From Myxococcales bacterium (GTDB taxonomy: Bacteria > Myxococcota_A > Polyangia > Polyangiales > Polyangiaceae), in NCBI GenBank assembly GCA_043747615.1, contig JAYTOU010000032.1, positions 1 to 64,000 on the forward strand: a DNA stretch of 64,000 bases. The letters run 5' to 3'. Each line of letters begins with the position of its first letter. The first letter of the stretch is position 1. The position numbers and the translations under genes were made by a program. Positions 59,392 through 64,000 of this stretch are shown here, in pieces. The notes beneath the pieces are model-generated. The model worked only from the letters and a program-made list of their open reading frames with translations. It made no database searches and had not been told where the DNA came from.

Positions 59392-60621
59392 ATGGCGGAG
59401 ATCCCCAAACCGAAAGGCTCGGTCGCTTCGTCCCCGGAACGAGGCAGCATCGTGGCTCCGCGCGGATCGGTCCCACCGCGTGGATCAATCATACCGCCGC
59501 GCGCATCGATTCCGCCGCACGCAGTGGTCCCGCCGCGTGGGTCAATCCCGCCGCGTGGCTCGCTCCCTCCCGCGGTCAACTACATGACACGCTTGCCGCC
59601 GCGCGCTCGGAAGCGCGGACGTGCGGCTGGAGAATTCACGCAGTTTCGCCGGTTGGATCGCCTTCGTGAGACACTCGAGAGCCACCCGGGTGGCCTCTCC
59701 CTCGAGAGCCTCGCCGGGATGCTGTACGTGACGACGCGCTCGGTACGCCGTTACTTGAAAGAGCTCGAGCGTGACAAACAGATCGAGTCCGTGCCTACCG
59801 CTCCCGGCGGCGCGCACCTCTGGCGCATCAAGCCGAGTGAGCGCGGACGAGCCCTCCTCCTCCGTCGAACGCAGGCGTACGGGCTCCTGGCGACCCGCAA
59901 GGTCTTCGAGGTCATTCGCGGCTCGGCGCTCTTCGACGAGCTGGACCTCGTGCATCGCCAGCTCCTTCTTCTCGCTCATCGGCCGACGCGCACCGGCGTT
60001 CGCGGAGAAATACCGAGCGACCAACGCCTCGAGGAGCGGGTCGTCTACGTCCCGCATCCGCCGCGCAACTACGTGGCAAAAGCCGAAGAGCTCGACGCGC
60101 TCTTCGATGCCGTCGCAAACCTCCGGGTGATCCGCCTTCGCTACGACGGCCAGCCGTCGATCACGCTCCATCCGTACGCACTCTTCCTGCACAAAGGCGC
60201 AGTGTTCTGTGCGGGTCACGCCGTCGAAGCAAAAACGACGCGGGTCCTGTCGTTCGATCGCATGCGCGGCACATCGATCGTCGAGGGACTAAGCTTCGCG
60301 TTGCCCGACGGGCTCGATCTAAACGAGTTCATCCAGGGCGAGCTCGGGATTGGCTGGGCCGCGAAGCGCATCAAGGTGCTCATCGAATTCGAGGCGCGCG
60401 CAGCAGAGGAATTACGCGCTCGCAAAGTTCACCCCTCCCAGCGTCTGGCCACGGCATCGGACGGACGCATGCGCCTCTCGATGTCCGTCACCGATCTCGC
60501 CGAAGTGCAAGCGTGGGTGCTCGCCTTCGGAGACGCGGCGCGGGTCGTCGAGCCACGTGAGCTCGTCGAGAGTGTGTCCTCGGCGCTCCGGATTGCGCTC
60601 GCAAAATATGATGTAGGCTAG
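59392..60621 (+). CDS. HTH-WYL-WCX transcriptional regulator (PafB/C-like)
   Basis: HTH LAGMLYVTTRSVRRYL; WYL-like HPYALFLHKGAVFCAG...FDRM; WCX WVLAFGDAARVVEPREL. Confidence 0.85.
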   Translation: MAEIPKPKGSVASSPERGSIVAPRGSVPPRGSIIPPRASIPPHAVVPPRGSIPPRGSLPPAVNYMTRLPPRARKRGRAAGEFTQFRRLDRLRETLESHPGGLSLESLAGMLYVTTRSVRRYLKELERDKQIESVPTAPGGAHLWRIKPSERGRALLLRRTQAYGLLATRKVFEVIRGSALFDELDLVHRQLLLLAHRPTRTGVRGEIPSDQRLEERVVYVPHPPRNYVAKAEELDALFDAVANLRVIRLRYDGQPSITLHPYALFLHKGAVFCAGHAVEAKTTRVLSFDRMRGTSIVEGLSFALPDGLDLNEFIQGELGIGWAAKRIKVLIEFEARAAEELRARKVHPSQRLATASDGRMRLSMSVTDLAEVQAWVLAFGDAARVVEPRELVESVSSALRIALAKYDVG

Positions 60622-60638
60622 GGCGAATCACGCTTCGC

Positions 60639-61292
60639 TTTGCGGGCACGCTGTTGGTGAGTGCGGCTCTTCTTTTTTGCGTCGACGCCGAAGGGAGAAA
60701 AGACACTTATTTTCTGTCTGGCGCGAGCAACCTCGGGAGCATGGTGGCGCTCCTTGGTTATCCGTTCTTGCTCTAAGCCGATGTTCGGATTGAAGCAGCA
60801 AGCCGGGCCTGGCAGGTCGGCTACGGCGCGCTCATCGTGCTGCTGCTCCCGTGCGCGTACACGGCATTCACGGTCGCGTCCATGGTCTGCCACGGGGAGC
60901 TCGCCAACGATCGCCCGGGGCGATCCGATCGTGCCCGCGCTGATCGGCGTGCTCGTCGTCGGCCTCGATTTCGTCTGGACGGGACGACAATCCACGGGCG
61001 GCAAGCCATCGATCCCGCGCGCCACCGTGAGCCCATCGGCTATTACGATCGCACGGGGCCCCTCGGAAAAATCTTCGACCAGTTTCACGCCGAAGGTGAG
61101 AACGGCCACATCGGAATCAGCTGTCTCGGCTCGGGGGGAATGTCGGCGTACACACGCCCCGGAGAGACCTGGACGTTCTACGAGATCAATCCGGTGATGG
61201 TCCGCATCGCTCGAACTCCGGCCTACTTCACCTACCTCTCCGATTTTTCGGGCGACATCCCGTGCGCGGTCATTCTCGAGAGATGCGCGTAG
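60639..61292 (+). pseudogene. Decayed fused membrane/spermidine-synthase-like gene
   Basis: Successive remnant blocks FAGTLLVSAALLFCV, DTYFLSGASNLGSMVALLGYPFLL*(TAA), MVCHGELANDRP, TTIHGRQ..EPIGYY..GPLG and LGSGGMSAY..WTFYEINP. Confidence 0.7.
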
Positions 61293-61386
61293 CTCCGGCT
61301 ATTTGCGGAGCGAAGGTGATCCGAGCAGGCGCGTGTGGACCGACGACTTTTCGAACTCGCTGGGTGCGATGCGCTGGTGGTGACGA

Positions 61387-62943
61387 TCAGCGGGGAATAA
61401 CGCTGAATACGGGCTGCCACTTGTCGAACCCGCCGAGCTTGGCAGACTCCGGATTGGCCGGCGTGACGACGTCCTCGGCGCGACCGAGGAGCGCGAACTT
61501 TTCGTCCTGGTACACCACGCTCAAATCCGCGCCGTATGCTTCGCGCTTGGAAAACCCGACGGACCGCACCGGAAGAAGGACGTAGTCGGATTTCGTTTTC
61601 TTCCAGCTCTCCGCGTACGTCGGGCTGGCCGGGTCGAACGCGTCGGCAACGTCGGTGACCGTGGACTCCGGGTAGACTTCCTCGTAGCGACCATCCATGG
61701 AGATCTGCGTCTTCGGGTAGAGGCGCCAGAGCGCGTAGCTGCCATTGTTGAAATCAACAAGGAGCTTCTTTCCGTCTTTCCCGTTGGCCCGCAACCATTC
61801 CAAAGCCTGCACGGGGTAGGTATCGAGGGTGAGCGGAACGAGGGTGCCCTCCGCAGCTCTCATCGCGACATGGACCACGCAGAGGAGCGCTATCCCGCAC
61901 GTGGCAACGCCGCCCATGCGCTTCGCCGCGACGAGAAGACTCGGCCTGCGGCGCTCGACCGCGTCTATCAGCGCGTCAACGTACTCGGCGCCGTACACCA
62001 CACAAACCATAGAGAAAATGGCGGCCAACCGATTTGCCCGCGCCGCAAAGAAAACGGCAGAAGCCAGGAACAAGCCCACGTGAAGCGGGGGCAGCTTGCG
62101 CGTCGTGAGCGCCCCTCCCAAGACGAGTAGCCCAATGGAGATCGTTGTCCACGATGCAGGGTTCGACAGACGCAGCGGACCCCATTCGGTGATCGTTGGT
62201 CGGGGCATCGTGACCGCCTCGATCATGTACGTGCTGAAGCTGAATCCCGGATAGGGGTTCAAAAACGCCACCACGAGGACCGAGACCGCGAACGTCACCG
62301 CAAGATGAATCCAGCCCGCGCGCCGCTCGATCAGGAAGGCTCCGGCCGCGAGCGCATGAAGGCCGAGGCCGACGACGAACCCTCCGTGCGCGTTCGCCCA
62401 GACCAGCATGATCAGCGGAAGAAAAATAATTCCCGTCAGCGAGCGTCGGCGAAAAGCCAAGACGAAGATGAGCAAGTAAACGGGAAGGAAGAAATACGTG
62501 AATAGCTGAGATCGCACGACGCTCGACCACACGTACGAAGAGTCCATTGCGCCGACGAGGAGCAAGACGAATCCCGACTTCGCCTTCGGGGCATAGATCT
62601 CCTGCGCAGCGAAGAGCACGGCAATCGACGCGAAAGCCCCGAGTGCACGGACGACCTGGAGCGCGAGATCTCCCCCCCGCGAGACTCCGTAAAACGTCAG
62701 CGCCGCCAACCACTCGTGATCGATCCACAGGGCTTTTTTAGCCGTGTAGGCAAAGGGATCGACGATCGGAACCTTGCCCGCCAGGGTGATGAGATGGCCA
62801 GCCGCGACGCGAGCGAAGAGGTCCGGATCGGCTCCGCGAGTTTGCAGGAGTGAGGCGAAAACGAAGAGGCAGACGAGCGGAACCACCGTGCGAGGGCTCG
62901 TAATGCGATCGATGACGGAATCCGCGAGCTCTTCGAAAGACAT
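61387..62943 (-). CDS. Multi-pass membrane protein, putative GT-C glycosyltransferase
   Basis: DPDLF...G, W.DHEWL, WANAHGGF, EW.P and a C-terminal DGR.E.Y domain. Confidence 0.65.
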   Translation of the reverse strand: MSFEELADSVIDRITSPRTVVPLVCLFVFASLLQTRGADPDLFARVAAGHLITLAGKVPIVDPFAYTAKKALWIDHEWLAALTFYGVSRGGDLALQVVRALGAFASIAVLFAAQEIYAPKAKSGFVLLLVGAMDSSYVWSSVVRSQLFTYFFLPVYLLIFVLAFRRRSLTGIIFLPLIMLVWANAHGGFVVGLGLHALAAGAFLIERRAGWIHLAVTFAVSVLVVAFLNPYPGFSFSTYMIEAVTMPRPTITEWGPLRLSNPASWTTISIGLLVLGGALTTRKLPPLHVGLFLASAVFFAARANRLAAIFSMVCVVYGAEYVDALIDAVERRRPSLLVAAKRMGGVATCGIALLCVVHVAMRAAEGTLVPLTLDTYPVQALEWLRANGKDGKKLLVDFNNGSYALWRLYPKTQISMDGRYEEVYPESTVTDVADAFDPASPTYAESWKKTKSDYVLLPVRSVGFSKREAYGADLSVVYQDEKFALLGRAEDVVTPANPESAKLGGFDKWQPVFSVIPR

Positions 62944-62968
62944 CTTCCCGAACGTATCCGCGCGTCGT

Positions 62969-64000
62969 TCAGGTTGTCGAGAACGCTGGGCGCGCCGTCC
63001 GGGCTTGCGTCGCGTAGATATCGAGCACGACGAAGGTCAGGGCGGGCGCGATGGCGCGCAGCGAGTTCGTCATGAGATGCATCACCGCGTAGCTCAGAAA
63101 CGGAATCATGACTGCGTACGGAACTGCAGCCCGAAGAAGGAGTGTCCGACGCTTCGCCCAGCGAACACCGATGGCCACCGCCGCCGCCACCACGAGGGTC
63201 GAGACGAGCGCGTCGACGTAGGCATCTGCGGGCAGCCAGTACTCGCGGCAAGCATCGAAGTAGCCCACGAACGGCGGTCCAAATTCGACGACGTGCGGAG
63301 ACTGCCAACCCAACCGCATGCGCACGTAAACCGCCCATCCCCCGCCTGCGAAGGCGGCAGCGAGCACGATCAGCGCTCGATCTCGAACGGTGAGCTCCCG
63401 CGGCGCACCTTGCGGGGGATTTCGCGGCAGAGCCCACGTCGCCGAGAGCGCGGAGATCCCTAAAATGGCGAGAAAGCTCGGCTCCTTCGTCAGCACCGCA
63501 CACGCGCCCGCGACGGCTGCCCACCCGATCCGCTTGCGAACGATGGCCAGCATCGCGCAAACGAGAAAGAGGAGCGCGAGCGCGTCCGACATGTCGAACA
63601 CCACACCAAGGAGCACCCCTGGGTTCAGGGCGAACGCGAGCCCCGCGCGCTCTGCAACTCCAAGCTCCTGAGCGAGCCGCGCACACAAGTACCCTCCAAA
63701 AAATACCGCGCCGAGGTTCGTAAGCAGCATTCCGAGGACGAGGGCGCGCTCCCCAAAGAGCCTCCACGGGGCGACGATGAGCGGATAGCCGATCCGCTGC
63801 GCGCGGTAGAGCGGGCGATCGGTGTAAGCCACGAGATCCTCGACGTGCAGGAGAAGCGGATCCCGCGCGAGAATCCAAAAGTAGCGCGCGTCGTGGCCGT
63901 CTTCATTGGGAGTCTGGACGGATCCGAGGATTGAGCGGGCGTGCGCGAGCTCTCTTTTTTGATCATCCGTTCCCAGCCCGTTCTTGGTGCTCCCGAAATG
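62969..64000 (-). CDS. Membrane protein, putative cell-surface glycopolymer/GT-C family (5' end outside the window)
   Basis: Frame open to 64000; GHDARYFWILARDP...YRAQRIGYP and AVLTKE motifs; multiple TMs. Confidence 0.65.
   Translation of the reverse strand, partial: HFGSTKNGLGTDDQKRELAHARSILGSVQTPNEDGHDARYFWILARDPLLLHVEDLVAYTDRPLYRAQRIGYPLIVAPWRLFGERALVLGMLLTNLGAVFFGGYLCARLAQELGVAERAGLAFALNPGVLLGVVFDMSDALALLFLVCAMLAIVRKRIGWAAVAGACAVLTKEPSFLAILGISALSATWALPRNPPQGAPRELTVRDRALIVLAAAFAGGGWAVYVRMRLGWQSPHVVEFGPPFVGYFDACREYWLPADAYVDALVSTLVVAAAVAIGVRWAKRRTLLLRAAVPYAVMIPFLSYAVMHLMTNSLRAIAPALTFVVLDIYATQARTARPAFSTT

Noticed and set aside
59440..59571. CCGCCGCGTGG-like repeats as a CRISPR or DNA-level repeat
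   Set aside because: Short, in-frame, synonymously diverged and without spacers.
59392..61292. WYL gene as marker of a defence island
   Set aside because: No nuclease, helicase, toxin or cas gene nearby; the neighbours are housekeeping or decayed.
1..64000. Many long antisense or alternate-frame ORFs (e.g. 5376-7574, 29964-31607, 55472-57403)
   Set aside because: Shadow ORFs expected from high GC and codon bias; they overlap well-supported genes and carry no motifs.
1..64000. Apparent abundance of CTCGAG/CGATCG/TCGA words
   Set aside because: Not quantified, and plausibly explained by codon pairs such as CTC-GAG and ATC-GAC; needs a codon-shuffled null model.

Overview
GC-rich bacterial chromosome segment. 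The gene style (Cys-rich lipoproteins, Hanks-type Ser/Thr kinases, RNase Y, TonB-C proteins) suggests Myxococcota, probably Polyangiaceae-like; this is an inference. It is mostly housekeeping DNA with about 55 densely packed genes: astA, a GMC oxidoreductase, a GlcD-like oxidase, MoxR, Mrp/ApbC, aldehyde dehydrogenase, an octaheme cytochrome c, an aminotransferase, tatA, two Ser/Thr kinases, rpmI-rplT-pheS-pheT, a phosphohexomutase, oppB/C-like permeases, fur, rny with a 5-formyl-THF cyclo-ligase and probable 6S RNA, a GldA/F/G-DUF4340-type ABC operon ending in an orphan Dam-family methylase, a two-component pair, xseA, biotin carboxylase, metG, thymidine phosphorylase, a WYL regulator and membrane glycosyltransferase-like genes. 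I saw no transposase, integrase, phage gene, tRNA, rRNA or CRISPR array. Best leads: (1) a secreted lipoprotein whose 28 central cysteines have almost perfectly mirror-symmetric spacing, predicting a long disulfide-laddered hairpin; (2) a WYL regulator with an N-terminal R-G-S-[IVL]-P-P repeat array, co-transcribed with a cytochrome c'-like lipoprotein; (3) a cysteine-less thioredoxin fused to a rhodanese; (4) a stand-alone octaheme cytochrome coupled to tatA and an aminotransferase; (5) a membrane/spermidine-synthase-like gene collapsed by several internal deletions. All family calls come from motif recognition by eye, not from database searches.
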